Positions 7,922 through 17,864 of a DNA stretch of 64,000 nucleotides are shown piece after piece (position 1 is the stretch's first letter; each line of letters opens with the position of its first letter). The notes beneath the pieces were generated by a model. That model searched no databases and had not been told where the DNA came from. It saw nothing but the letters and a program-made list of their open reading frames with translations. This stretch comes from an uncultured delta proteobacterium (GTDB lineage Bacteria; Desulfobacterota; Binatia; Binatales; Binataceae), in assembly GCA_963711565.1 (NCBI GenBank), contig CAVQEQ010000004.1, forward strand, positions 864,001 to 928,000, in the 5' to 3' direction. The translations under genes and the position numbers were made by a program.

Positions 7922-8770
7922 TCACCCTTGAAACGATGGGCCTATGAAGCTGCGCGGCGGCATCGCCTGCGCCGCTGCGGAGCTCTGTCCGTCGATCGGA
8001 GAGAACTGGCTGCCGACCGTCAGGCCGCCATCTACGATCATCGCTTGCCCCGTTACAAATTCCGAATCGTCGCTGGCGAGGTACAACGCCATCCCGGCAA
8101 TATCCTCCGGATGGCCGGCACGCTGAATCGGCTGCGCCTTCGCCATCAACTGTTCCATCGCGTCCTTCACGCCCGGCATATTGCGATGCAGTATCGGCGT
8201 GTTGATGCCGCCGGGGCAGATGCAGTTGACGCGGATCTTGTCCTTGGCAAATTCCAACGAGGCCGATCGCGTCAGGTTCACCACGCCGGCCTTCGCCGCG
8301 CAATAGGCATGCAATCCGTTGAAGCCGCGGATGCCCGCGACTGACGCGGTCGAGATTATCGAGCCGCCGCCAACTTTGCGCATCTCGGGCACCGCATGCT
8401 TCATGCCCAGGAACACACCGCGCAGCAGCACCGCTTGGCTCTTGTCCCAGTCTTCGACGGAGATTTGTTCGAGCGGTCCGACCGCGCCGCCGATTCCGGC
8501 GTTGTTATAGAGGATGTCGAGACGGCCGAACTCCGTGATGGCGCGTGCGATGAGCGCCTTGATTTCCGTTTCGGCGGAGACGTCGGTTTTCTGGAAGACC
8601 GCGCGCCCAGCGTTCTCCTTGCAATCGCGAACCGCGGATTCGCCGCCTTCGACATTTAGGTCCGCGATTACAACTGCGGCACCTTCGCCTGCGAACTTGA
8701 TTGCGGTCGCGCGCCCGATACCACTCGCCGCGCCCGTGATTACGGCCACTTTGCCCTTAAGCCTGTCCAT
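7922..8770 (-). CDS. SDR family oxidoreductase (paralog 1)
   Basis: TGAASGIG, NNAG, YCAAK. Confidence 0.93.
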   Translation of the reverse strand: MDRLKGKVAVITGAASGIGRATAIKFAGEGAAVVIADLNVEGGESAVRDCKENAGRAVFQKTDVSAETEIKALIARAITEFGRLDILYNNAGIGGAVGPLEQISVEDWDKSQAVLLRGVFLGMKHAVPEMRKVGGGSIISTASVAGIRGFNGLHAYCAAKAGVVNLTRSASLEFAKDKIRVNCICPGGINTPILHRNMPGVKDAMEQLMAKAQPIQRAGHPEDIAGMALYLASDDSEFVTGQAMIVDGGLTVGSQFSPIDGQSSAAAQAMPPRSFIGPSFQG

Positions 8771-8840
8771 TTCAGATTTCCTCTTGCTTGAAAAATTAGG
8801 TTGCGACGCACATGACTCCTATCGAAGTAAGTACCCGACC

Positions 8841-8867
8841 GCAACTTTTCGCGGGCTCGTTCGTCTT
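8841..8867 (+). promoter_or_regulatory. ECF-sigma-type promoter upstream of the spy-like gene
   Basis: GCAAC-16 nt-CGTCTT matches the general ECF AAC/CGT consensus, and an ECF sigma is encoded in the same operon. Confidence 0.55.
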
Positions 8868-8903
8868 GCAGACAAAGAACACGCGGCAATAGCCCGAGGG
8901 GTG

Positions 8904-9422
8904 ATGAATATGTGGAAATCCAGATTCTCGATTCCGATCGCGATTGCGATTCTCGGCGGTTGCGTCAACGCGGGCGTCGCGCGTGCGCAGGATATGATGG
9001 GACCGCCGCCCGGGGGCCCGATGGGCGGACCGCCGCCGGTTCCGCCGCCTCTGATGATGGCGCTGCGCGCGGCAGCTCTGACTCCCGCGCAGCAAAAGCA
9101 AGTTCATGAAATTATGAACGCGAGCCGCACGAGCAGCGAACCGCAGATGCAGCAGATGCACTCGATCCGCGATCAGATTGCGGACAAGCTGCTATCATCG
9201 GGCAGCGTGAGCGCGTCGGACTTGGCGCCTTTGCTGGCGCAGCAGACGGCGATCCAGCAGCAGCTCGATAATCAAATGATATCGACGGCGCTTCAGATTC
9301 GCGGCGTCCTGACATCCGACCAGTTGAGCAGAGTGGCGTCGGTGCACGACAAGCTCAAAGCAATCCATTCGCAGATCGATTCGATTCTCGGACCGCCGCC
9401 AGATGCGCCACCGATCCCTTAA
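8904..9422 (+). CDS. Spy/CpxP-family periplasmic protein (LTxxQ motifs)
   Basis: Signal peptide ending VARA, Pro/Met/Gly-rich N-terminus, LTPAQ and LTSDQ motifs. Confidence 0.8.
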   Translation: MNMWKSRFSIPIAIAILGGCVNAGVARAQDMMGPPPGGPMGGPPPVPPPLMMALRAAALTPAQQKQVHEIMNASRTSSEPQMQQMHSIRDQIADKLLSSGSVSASDLAPLLAQQTAIQQQLDNQMISTALQIRGVLTSDQLSRVASVHDKLKAIHSQIDSILGPPPDAPPIP

Positions 9423-9429
9423 CACTGCG

Positions 9430-9978
9430 ATGCGCCACGAGCCCGCGCCCGATCTCGCCGCGACGATCGAGAGGGCGCGGGCCGGCGATCAGGCGGCAAT
9501 CCGCACGCTCATCGAGCTCTATCAGGGACGCGTGGGGCGATTTGTGCTCGCGATGCTCGGCGATGACAGCGAGTGGGAAGATGTCGCGCAGGCTACTTTC
9601 GTCAAGATGATGCTGGGAATCGAGCGGCTGCAAGCCGGCGACATTTTCGAGTCGTGGCTCTTCAGGATCGCGCGCAATGCATCGCTCGACCATCTCAGGC
9701 GACGGCGATGGCGCCGGCTGTTCACGTCGTGGGAGCCGCATCACGGCGAGGTCGCTGCGCCCGTGCGCGAGATCGAGGATCGGCGCCTGGTTCAAGTGGA
9801 GCGCGAGCTGAGGAAACTGCCGGTCGATCAGCGCGAACTCATTTTGCTCATGCGCGAGAACGACTGGAGCTACGGCGATCTCGCGCGCATAACCGGAGTC
9901 ACTGCCACCGCGGTCAAGTCGCGGCTGTTCCGCGCGCGCAGCCGCCTCCGCGCGCTGATGAACGGAGATGAATCATGA
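9430..9978 (+). CDS. ECF RNA polymerase sigma factor
   Basis: EDVAQATF, FESWLFRIARNASLDHLRR, LPVDQRE..SYGDLARITGVTATAVKSRLFRAR. Confidence 0.9.
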   Translation: MRHEPAPDLAATIERARAGDQAAIRTLIELYQGRVGRFVLAMLGDDSEWEDVAQATFVKMMLGIERLQAGDIFESWLFRIARNASLDHLRRRRWRRLFTSWEPHHGEVAAPVREIEDRRLVQVERELRKLPVDQRELILLMRENDWSYGDLARITGVTATAVKSRLFRARSRLRALMNGDES

Positions 9979-10388
9979 GAGATGAAAGATTCCCCTGGAC
10001 CGATGTCGGGCAGGGGCCGGAGCCGCGGTTGTCCGCCGATTTTGCCTCGCGCGTGATCGATAAGGCACACGCGGCTCGAGCACGAAAGCGTCGTGCAAAG
10101 ATCGAGCTCGGCGTTACGGCAGGACTCGCCGCGATCGTCGCATTGTCTCTCCTGATGCGCACGACGACACCCTCGAATCAACAAGCTTCACGCGGTGTTG
10201 CACCGTCGCGCGCAATCTCCGATCTCGACACCTTCAGCTGGAGCGACAATCCAGACCCCGATGTGCTCGGGGTCCTCATGCCGAGTGCGCTGCAGGCAGA
10301 GAAGTTCGACGCGTACTACGGCACGGCTCCATGGGACACCTACGCAAGTTGGGATCCCGATTCGTACGACGCGTCGCGCACCCGCTGA
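9975..10388 (+). CDS. Putative single-pass anti-sigma factor
   Basis: ATGA overlap with the sigma gene; LSADFASRVI motif, a basic stretch, then one TM helix. Confidence 0.65.
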   Translation: MRDERFPWTDVGQGPEPRLSADFASRVIDKAHAARARKRRAKIELGVTAGLAAIVALSLLMRTTTPSNQQASRGVAPSRAISDLDTFSWSDNPDPDVLGVLMPSALQAEKFDAYYGTAPWDTYASWDPDSYDASRTR

Positions 10389-10407
10389 TCACATTTCACG
10401 CGAAGCT

Positions 10408-11232
10408 TCAAACCTCAAACGACGGGCCGGAGAAGCCGCTGTCCGGCAGGCCCGCCATGCGGAAGCGCGCGTTGCCGGTGTTGATTCCGCCGTCAACGAC
10501 CATTGCGGTGCCGCTGATCCAGTCCGCTTCGTCGCTGGCGAGGAACAGCGCCATCGTGGCGATATCGTCGGGCTTACCGGCGCGCGGTATCGGCTGCATT
10601 CTCGCCATCGCCTTCTCCGAGCGTTCCTCGCCGCCGGGAACCCCGCGATGTATCAGCGGAGTGTTGACGCCGCCGGGGCAGATGCAGTTGACGCGAATCT
10701 TGTCGTGGCCGACTTCGATCGCGACCGCCTGCGTCAGGTTCACAACCGCCGCCTTGGCCGCACTGTATGCGGCGAGATAGCCGACGCCGCGTAGTCCCGC
10801 GACCGACGCCGTCGAGATGATCGACCCGCCGCCCGCCTTGCGCATCTCGGGGATCGAGTACTTCATGCCGAGGAACGCCGCGCGAAGCAGCACGGCGATC
10901 GTTTTGTCGAAGTCCGCCGATGCGACCTTCTCGATCGGCCCGACCGCGCCCGCGACGCCCGCGTTGTTGAACATGATGTCGAGCCGGCCGTATTCCTTGA
11001 CCGCGCGCGCGACGGCGGACTTGATATCCGCCTCACTGGTGACGTCGGTGCGCTGAAATACCGCGCGTCCGCCCGCCGCGGCACATTCGGCGACGGCGGT
11101 TTCACCGCCCTGCGCGTTCAGATCGGTGAGGACAACGCTCGCCCCTTCTTTGGCGAAGCGGAGCGCCGTCGCGCGGCCCATCCCGCTCGCGGCGCCGGTG
11201 ATAACTGCGACTTTTCCCTGGATTCTGCCCAT
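10408..11232 (-). CDS. SDR family oxidoreductase (paralog 2)
   Basis: MGRIQGKVAVITGAASGMG, NNAG, YSAAK; start placed by alignment with paralog 1. Confidence 0.92.
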   Translation of the reverse strand: MGRIQGKVAVITGAASGMGRATALRFAKEGASVVLTDLNAQGGETAVAECAAAGGRAVFQRTDVTSEADIKSAVARAVKEYGRLDIMFNNAGVAGAVGPIEKVASADFDKTIAVLLRAAFLGMKYSIPEMRKAGGGSIISTASVAGLRGVGYLAAYSAAKAAVVNLTQAVAIEVGHDKIRVNCICPGGVNTPLIHRGVPGGEERSEKAMARMQPIPRAGKPDDIATMALFLASDEADWISGTAMVVDGGINTGNARFRMAGLPDSGFSGPSFEV

Positions 11233-11340
11233 TGCATTTCTCCTGCGCGCATTCGGTTGCGCGATATTTCGATGCGAATCGTAAAATCTCAATAGCAATG
11301 ATTCGGGCGATTCGGGTAGAGCACCGCCTGCGATGATATA

Positions 11341-13431
11341 GTGGTGGCGGCCATGCTCCCCGAAGATGAAAACGAAAAGCCGACGGGACCTCAGTACGGT
11401 TCGCTGATCGAGTATCCGAAAGAAGCTCCAACGCCAGGCGGCAATCCCGAGTCGCTGATTCTCGAGCACGAATCCAACGTCGTCGATCAGAAGTTAGCAG
11501 CCACTTCGACCGAACCCGGCATCTACCTGCTGCGCGATCGAGCGGGCAAGGTGCTCTACGTCGGCAAGGCGAAGTCCCTGCGCACGCGCGTCCGCGCATA
11601 CTTTCGCGAGGGCGGCGACGGGCGCTACCAGGTTCGTTTCCTGATGAAGCGCGTGCGCGACTTCGACACGATCGTCACGGCCAGCGAGAAGGAAGCGCTG
11701 ATCCTCGAGAACAACCTGATCAAGCAGTACAAGCCCAGGTACAACATCCGCCTCAAAGACGACAAATCGTACCTGAGCGCGAAGATCACCAATCACGCGT
11801 GGCCGCGAATCACCGTCACACGCAAGATCGTCAAGGATGGCGGTCACTACTTCGGCCCCTTCGGCTCGGCCGATGGGTTGCGCGAAACGATCAACGTCAT
11901 CCGCAAAGTGTTTCCGCTGCGCACCTGCACCGACGCGGTGTTCCGCAATCGCTCGCGCCCGTGCCTCGAATATCAGATCAAGCGATGCCTCGGCCCGTGC
12001 TGCCTCCCTGTAGATCGCGAAGAGTACGGCCGCCATCTGCACGCGGCGCAGATGCTGCTGGAAGGCAAAAATCTCGAGCTGCTGCGCGAGATGCGCGATC
12101 TGATGAAGGACCACGCCTCGCGGCTCGAGTTCGAGCAGGCCGCGCGAATCCGCGACCGCGTGCGCGCAATCGAGAAAACCGTCGAGCGGCAGACCGTCCT
12201 GCATCATTGGGGAATCGATGAGGACGTGTTCGGAATCTACCGCGAGGGCGGCTACATCGAGGCGATCGTGCTGATCGTGCGCGGCGGCAAACTGACCAGC
12301 ACGCAGGGATGGAGCTTCCAGGACCTGGAATTCCCGGTGCACGAAATTCTTTCCGATCTGCTGACTCAGTACTATTCGGGCGCGCGTAATATTCCCGACG
12401 AAGTGATCTTGCCGGTCGAGCTCGAGGACGCCGCCGTGCGCTCCGAGCTGCTCTCAGAGCGGCGCGGGAAGAAATGCGAAGTGTTTCAGCCGCAGCGCGG
12501 CGAGAAGCTCCGGCTGCTCGAAATGGCGATGGACAACGCGCGCCTGAGCTTCGCCTCGCGGCGCGACAACGAAAAGACGCGGGAAAAAATGCTCGAGGAC
12601 CTGCGCGTCAAGCTCGGCCTGCGCAACTCGCCCAAGCGGATGGAATGCTACGACATCTCAAATCTGCAGGGCTCGATGGTGGTCGGGTCGCAGGTGACTT
12701 TCGACGAAGGCGAGCCGCAGAAGAATCTTTATCGCCGCTACCGGATTCGCAGCTTCGAAGGCCAGGACGATTTCGCCAGCATGTACGAAGTCCTGAAGCG
12801 CCGGCTCGAACGCGCGGTGCGCGAAAACGAATACCCCGACCTGTGGGTAATCGACGGCGGCAAGGGGCAACTGAACGTCGCGCTCGAAGTGCTGCGCGAG
12901 TTCAAGCTGCTCGATCAGATCGATTGCGTGTCGCTGGCCAAGCAGCACGTGCTGAACGATCGCCGCGAAAAAGAAGTGACGAAGTCCGAAGAGCGCGTCT
13001 TCGTTCCGCGGCGCAAGGATCCGATCGTGCTGCCGAAAAACTCGACCGCGCTGTTCCTGCTCGTCAGGATTCGCGACGAAGCGCATCGATTCGCGATCAC
13101 CTACAACCGCGAGCTGCGGCGGCGCGCGCGGCTGCGCTCGGTCCTCGACGACATCGAGGGCGTCGGTCCAGTGCGGCGGCGCGCGCTGCTCCGTCATTTC
13201 GGCAGCCTCAAGCGGATTCGCGAAGCGACGGCCGACGAGATTGTGGCGGTCAAGGGCCTCAACCGCGAACTCGCCGCCGAGATTCGCCGGCACCTTGACG
13301 AAATGACTGCGCTCCTCGACGTCGAAGAGTCCGCCGATCCTGCGGATCAACTGGCTTTCCCGCTCGATTCATCCGCTATTCCCGCCGACAACCCCGCCGC
13401 GCGAGTCAATGAGACGACTGCTCGCGATTGA
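11341..13431 (+). CDS. uvrC: Excinuclease ABC subunit C
   Basis: GIY-YIG (PGIYL..VLYVGKAKSLR), PRYNIRLKDDKSY, Cys cluster, YDISN, IDGGKGQ, RIRDEAHRFA and HhH. The start may be ATG 11353. Confidence 0.96.
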   Translation: MVAAMLPEDENEKPTGPQYGSLIEYPKEAPTPGGNPESLILEHESNVVDQKLAATSTEPGIYLLRDRAGKVLYVGKAKSLRTRVRAYFREGGDGRYQVRFLMKRVRDFDTIVTASEKEALILENNLIKQYKPRYNIRLKDDKSYLSAKITNHAWPRITVTRKIVKDGGHYFGPFGSADGLRETINVIRKVFPLRTCTDAVFRNRSRPCLEYQIKRCLGPCCLPVDREEYGRHLHAAQMLLEGKNLELLREMRDLMKDHASRLEFEQAARIRDRVRAIEKTVERQTVLHHWGIDEDVFGIYREGGYIEAIVLIVRGGKLTSTQGWSFQDLEFPVHEILSDLLTQYYSGARNIPDEVILPVELEDAAVRSELLSERRGKKCEVFQPQRGEKLRLLEMAMDNARLSFASRRDNEKTREKMLEDLRVKLGLRNSPKRMECYDISNLQGSMVVGSQVTFDEGEPQKNLYRRYRIRSFEGQDDFASMYEVLKRRLERAVRENEYPDLWVIDGGKGQLNVALEVLREFKLLDQIDCVSLAKQHVLNDRREKEVTKSEERVFVPRRKDPIVLPKNSTALFLLVRIRDEAHRFAITYNRELRRRARLRSVLDDIEGVGPVRRRALLRHFGSLKRIREATADEIVAVKGLNRELAAEIRRHLDEMTALLDVEESADPADQLAFPLDSSAIPADNPAARVNETTARD

Positions 13432-13626
13432 GGTAAACGTTCTCCAGAGCACATATCGTCAGTCGCGCTGTCTATTTGTGTTGGCGCATAATCCATTAGT
13501 CAACATCAACCGCGCGCCGCCGTTAGCGCGCAAAGGAGTGCGTGACCTATCGCTGCGGGAGCACTTTCCGTCAGCCGCTCTGTCTCGCGACCGGTCGGAC
13601 TCGAATCGATCAGGCCGCGCGAGACC

Positions 13627-16239
13627 TTGCCTCCGTTACCGGCCGTCAGCCTGCTCGAACGGCTGGCGCCCATTTACGCGGTCGCGGTAGCTGTGGTCGG
13701 CGGCGACGCGCTCGGCAATTTCCATGTCGCGATTCCGCTCTGGTTCGCATTGGCGATCGCGATGCTCGCGCTTGTCGCGTTCCTCTCCGCTCGACGGACG
13801 CTCGGTCTCGCCGCTGCATACCTAGCGATCGCACTTGCCGCAACGGCCGCCGTTACGAATGTGCTCGAGCCTCCGCACGCGCCACACAGCATCGCCACCG
13901 TGGTGGAAGGTTCGCGCGTTACTGTCGAAGGACGCGTGTACCGCGAGGTTGAGCACGAAGCTTATGGCGACCGGCTGTACGTCAAGGTCGAGCGAGCCGG
14001 CGCGCAGGGCGGCGCCATGTCAGCCTCGAGCGGGAATGTTCGCATCGCGGTGCTCGGCAGCGGGGATTTCAAATTGGGCGATGAAATCAGGCTGAGCGCG
14101 CGAATTCATTTCCCTCGCAACTACGGCAATCCCGGCGAGTTCGATTACGCGGGCCTGATGGCGCGTGACGGCATCGACGCGACCATGACCGCGCCGGACA
14201 AATCGCTCGGCTCGCCTGTATTTCAAATCATCGGGCATCGCTCGACCTTTCCGGCAAGCGAGATTGAATCGATCAGAGAGCATATCGGTGAGTTCTTCGA
14301 TCGGAACCTCACCTATCCTGAAAACGCCGAGATGCGCGCGCTCGTGATCGGCGATCAAGGCGAAATCGGCGAGCCGCTGCGGCAAACGTTCGCCCGCACC
14401 GGCATGGCGCATCTGCTGGTGATTTCGGGATTGCACCTGAGCATCGTGGCGGCCGCAACCTTCGCCGTGGCGCGGCTCATGATGATGCTATTCCCCGGGC
14501 TCGCAAACCGCGGTTATGCGAACAAGGTTGCCGCGCTGGCCGCGATGCTGACGGTGTGTGCGTACGCGTCGATCGCGGGCCATCACGTGTCAACGGTGCG
14601 GGCGCTGGTGATGGTGCTCGCGTACATGCTGGCGGTCGCGGTCGATCGTTCCCGCGAAGCGATCGCGTCGCTCGCGCTCGCCGCAATCGTAATTTGCGTC
14701 GCGCTCCCCGGCTCGACCGCCGACATCGGGTTTCAGCTATCGTTCGCGTCGGTGATTGCGATCGTGCTCGGCATGCGCCGATTCGCCGCCTGGTTCGCGC
14801 GCCGAAAGCGCCTTGGCCGGCTTCGCGGCGAACCTTCGTCGCCGCGATGGCGATTTCTGGAAGCTCCCACCGGCTACCTCGCAGTGTCGTTCTGGGCGAT
14901 GGCGGGGACGGCTCCTCTGACCGCCTACCACTTCAACCAGTTCGCAATTGTCGGAATCGTCGCAAATGCCGTGGTCGTGCCGATCATGGCATTCGGCGCG
15001 ACTATCAGCGGGCTGATCGCGGCCGCATTGAGTTTCTTTTCGGACTCGGCCGCGCGCCCGATACTGCTGTTCGGCGCACACGCGCTCGCGGCCGGCAACT
15101 GGCTGGCAGCATCGTTCGTCGATTGGCCGCTCGCGTGGTTCCGCATCTTCACGCCGACAATTCTCGAACTAGCAATTGCGTATGCGTTCCTCATGATGTG
15201 GTTGCTCGCGCCGCTTGCGGTAGCGATAACCGGCAAGCGCTCTCGCGACGATACTTCCGACGAGTCTGCAAGCTTGCCCAGGTTCGGACGGCGGGCGCTC
15301 TGCGCGATCGCGCTTTCACTGGTGCTGACGGTTGACGCGGGATGCTGGACTTACGATCGCTTCTTCAATCCCGATTTGCGCGTGACGTTCCTGTCAGTGG
15401 GAGAGGGCGACGGCGCGGTCGTGCGATTTCCCGGCTCGCGCGTGATGGTGATCGACGGCGGCGGCTCCTACGGCGGTTTCGACGCCGGCGAGCGAATTGT
15501 CGCGCCATATTTGTGGTCGCAAAAAATCATGCGCGTCGATTACATCGCGCTGAGTCATCCCGATCTCGACCACTTCGGCGGCCTGGATTTTATCGCGATG
15601 AATTTCGCGCCGCGCGCGTTTTGGACGACCGGAGTGCAGAGTCTCGACGAGAGTTACGCAAGCCTTATTGATGACCTCGTGCGTGCGAAGATTCCGATGG
15701 TGCAGGTGCGCGAGAGTGCGCCGGTCGCGTCGATCGGCGGCGTTGCGATCAAGTCGCTCAACGGCGACACCGGCATCGCGCGGTCGCACAACAACAGCTC
15801 GATGGTGTTGCGATTCAGTATCGGCAGTGCGTCATTGCTCTTCACCGGCGATATCGAATCGGCCGGCGAGCGCGCGATGCTCGCAAGCCGCGTCGATCTT
15901 CGCGCAACGATTCTCAAGGTGCCGCATCACGGCAGCGCGACGTCCTCGATGGCGGCATTCATTGCGGCGGTGCATCCGCAAGTCGCGGTAATCTCGGACG
16001 GCTACCTGAACAATTTTCATTTTCCGGCGCCCGCTGTCGTCCAGCGTTACGCAGAATCGGGCGCAATCCTGATGCGCACCGACCTCGACGGGGCGGTGAT
16101 GGTTGATGCGACGCGGAATCGAATGCTGGTGCGAACTTTCCGGGCCCGCACCGATGGTTCAATCCGTATCGTCCCACCGCGCTTGCCACGTCTAAAGCGG
16201 ATCGACCATAAGTATCAAAAATGGTACTATCGCTCGTGA
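13627..16239 (+). CDS. comEC: DNA internalization competence protein ComEC/Rec2
   Basis: NPGEFDY, GMAHLLVISGLH, GFQLSF, and a metallo-beta-lactamase domain (SHPDLDHFGG, KVPHHGS). Confidence 0.93.
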   Translation: MPPLPAVSLLERLAPIYAVAVAVVGGDALGNFHVAIPLWFALAIAMLALVAFLSARRTLGLAAAYLAIALAATAAVTNVLEPPHAPHSIATVVEGSRVTVEGRVYREVEHEAYGDRLYVKVERAGAQGGAMSASSGNVRIAVLGSGDFKLGDEIRLSARIHFPRNYGNPGEFDYAGLMARDGIDATMTAPDKSLGSPVFQIIGHRSTFPASEIESIREHIGEFFDRNLTYPENAEMRALVIGDQGEIGEPLRQTFARTGMAHLLVISGLHLSIVAAATFAVARLMMMLFPGLANRGYANKVAALAAMLTVCAYASIAGHHVSTVRALVMVLAYMLAVAVDRSREAIASLALAAIVICVALPGSTADIGFQLSFASVIAIVLGMRRFAAWFARRKRLGRLRGEPSSPRWRFLEAPTGYLAVSFWAMAGTAPLTAYHFNQFAIVGIVANAVVVPIMAFGATISGLIAAALSFFSDSAARPILLFGAHALAAGNWLAASFVDWPLAWFRIFTPTILELAIAYAFLMMWLLAPLAVAITGKRSRDDTSDESASLPRFGRRALCAIALSLVLTVDAGCWTYDRFFNPDLRVTFLSVGEGDGAVVRFPGSRVMVIDGGGSYGGFDAGERIVAPYLWSQKIMRVDYIALSHPDLDHFGGLDFIAMNFAPRAFWTTGVQSLDESYASLIDDLVRAKIPMVQVRESAPVASIGGVAIKSLNGDTGIARSHNNSSMVLRFSIGSASLLFTGDIESAGERAMLASRVDLRATILKVPHHGSATSSMAAFIAAVHPQVAVISDGYLNNFHFPAPAVVQRYAESGAILMRTDLDGAVMVDATRNRMLVRTFRARTDGSIRIVPPRLPRLKRIDHKYQKWYYRS
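16211..16230 (+). promoter_or_regulatory. Candidate toxin-antitoxin operator/-10 region
   Basis: Imperfect palindrome AGTATCA-AAAA-TGGTACT overlapping TACTAT, just upstream of the toxin remnant. Confidence 0.4.
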
Positions 16240-16314
16240 ATAAAGAGAACTCAGAAGACCGCGCAAGGCGACATCGCTCTGGCACTTAAACGAATAAAGG
16301 GAGCGGGCACATGA
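16236..16314 (+). pseudogene. Remnant of a RelE/Gp49-like toxin gene (C-terminal ~24 codons)
   Basis: 16240-16314 translates IKRTQKTAQGDIALALKRIKGAGT*, resembling the KKTQKTPxxDIxLAxxR end of RelE/Gp49 toxins. Its TGA overlaps the antitoxin ATG. Confidence 0.65.
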
Positions 16315-16592
16315 AAAAGAAACATATCGGATCATCCTTCGATAGTTGGCTCCGCGAGGAGGGCATCTACGAGGAAGTCACCGCGAGCGCTATCAAGCGC
16401 GTCCTCGCGCGGCAGGTTGAAGCAGCCATGAAGGAGAGACAGTTTTCCAAGGCGGAAATGGCGCGGAGGATGCGCACCAGCCGCGCCGCGCTGGACCGCT
16501 TGCTCGATCCCGGCTACGACGCGGTGACATTAAGCACGCTGCGCAAAGCAGCCGCGGCTGTGGGCCGTCAACTCCGCCTGGAACTTGTGTGA
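16311..16592 (+). CDS. XRE-family HTH antitoxin (orphan)
   Basis: MKKKHIGSSFDSWLREEG N-terminus and HTH SKAEMARRMRTSRAALDRLLDP. Confidence 0.85.
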   Translation: MKKKHIGSSFDSWLREEGIYEEVTASAIKRVLARQVEAAMKERQFSKAEMARRMRTSRAALDRLLDPGYDAVTLSTLRKAAAAVGRQLRLELV

Positions 16593-16721
16593 AGGAGATC
16601 GAGTTCGGCCCCTATCTGCCCGCCGCTCGTTCAGCCCAAACAGTCGTTCAGAGCGTGCTGTAAAATCGGCGCGCGTTTCTATCGACCCCACCCGTCACTC
16701 TAAGCTACTTTATGAATCGAG

Positions 16722-17864
16722 ATGGATCTCGAACTCACCGATGCGCAACGCGGCGCGCGCGACGTTGCCCACCGCTTCGCCCGCGAAAAGCTCGGACCGA
16801 TCGGCGTCGAGGCTGACCGCTCGCATCGATATCCCGTCGAAGCGATCGACGAACTCGCGCGGCTCGGGATGCTCGGCATCTTCCTTCCCGAGCAATACGG
16901 TGGCGCGGGCCTCGATCACGTCGCATATTCTCTCGTGCTCGAGGAACTCGCCGTCGAATGCGCTTCAACCGCGGTTATCATGTCGGCGCATTGCTCGCTC
17001 GCGTCGTGGCCGATTCTCGGACTCGGCACCGCGAAGCAGAAGGATCACTTTCTGCCGCAGATGGCGACCGGAGGTTGGCTTGGATGCTTCGCCCTGACCG
17101 AGCCGCAGGCCGGCTCCGACGCCGCCGGGCAGAAGACGCGCGCGGTGCGCGACGGCGATTCGTACGTGATCAACGGGACCAAGAATTTCATCACCAATGC
17201 GCCGCAATCGAAGGTGGCGATTGTATTTGCGATGACGCAGCCCGACAAGGGGCATCATGGGATCAGCGCGTTTGCGGTCGAGACCGACACGCCGGGATGG
17301 GCCGTCACGCGCGTCGAAGACAAGATGGGAATTCACGGCGCGCATTCGGCGCAGCTGAGTTTTTCGGATATGCGCGTGCCGCGCGAGAATCTGCTGCTCG
17401 AGGAAGGGCAGGGCTTCAAGGTCGCGATGAAGACTCTCGACGGCGGCAGGATCGGGATCGCCTCGCAGGCGCTCGGAATCGCGCGCGCGTCGCTCGAGGC
17501 GTCGTTGAAGTACGCGCAGGAGCGCCTGACGTTCGGCAAGCCGATCGCGCAGTATCAGGCGATCCAGTGGAAGCTCGCCGACATGGCGGTTGAGATCGAC
17601 GCGGCGCGCTTGTTGACGCATCGCGCCGCGACGCTAAAAGATCGCGGCGAGGCGTGCACCAAGGAATCCGCGATGGCGAAGTTGTTCGCCGCTGAGACCG
17701 CGATGAAATCCGCGACCGAAGCGGTGCAGATTCACGGCGGCTACGGCTATACCAAGGAGTTCAAGGTCGAGCGCTATTTCCGCGACGCCAAGATCACCGA
17801 GATTTACGAAGGCACGTCGGAGATCCAGCGCCTTGTGATCGCGGGCAGCGTACTCAGTCAGTGA
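16722..17864 (+). CDS. Acyl-CoA dehydrogenase (short/branched-chain type)
   Basis: [46 protein letters not shown]. Confidence 0.95.
   Translation: MDLELTDAQRGARDVAHRFAREKLGPIGVEADRSHRYPVEAIDELARLGMLGIFLPEQYGGAGLDHVAYSLVLEELAVECASTAVIMSAHCSLASWPILGLGTAKQKDHFLPQMATGGWLGCFALTEPQAGSDAAGQKTRAVRDGDSYVINGTKNFITNAPQSKVAIVFAMTQPDKGHHGISAFAVETDTPGWAVTRVEDKMGIHGAHSAQLSFSDMRVPRENLLLEEGQGFKVAMKTLDGGRIGIASQALGIARASLEASLKYAQERLTFGKPIAQYQAIQWKLADMAVEIDAARLLTHRAATLKDRGEACTKESAMAKLFAAETAMKSATEAVQIHGGYGYTKEFKVERYFRDAKITEIYEGTSEIQRLVIAGSVLSQ

Noticed and set aside
13538-13626. AAGGAG + GTG and a hairpin upstream of comEC as a leader peptide or frameshifted start
   Set aside because: The out-of-frame ORFs have no recognisable features; cannot be supported without homolog alignment.
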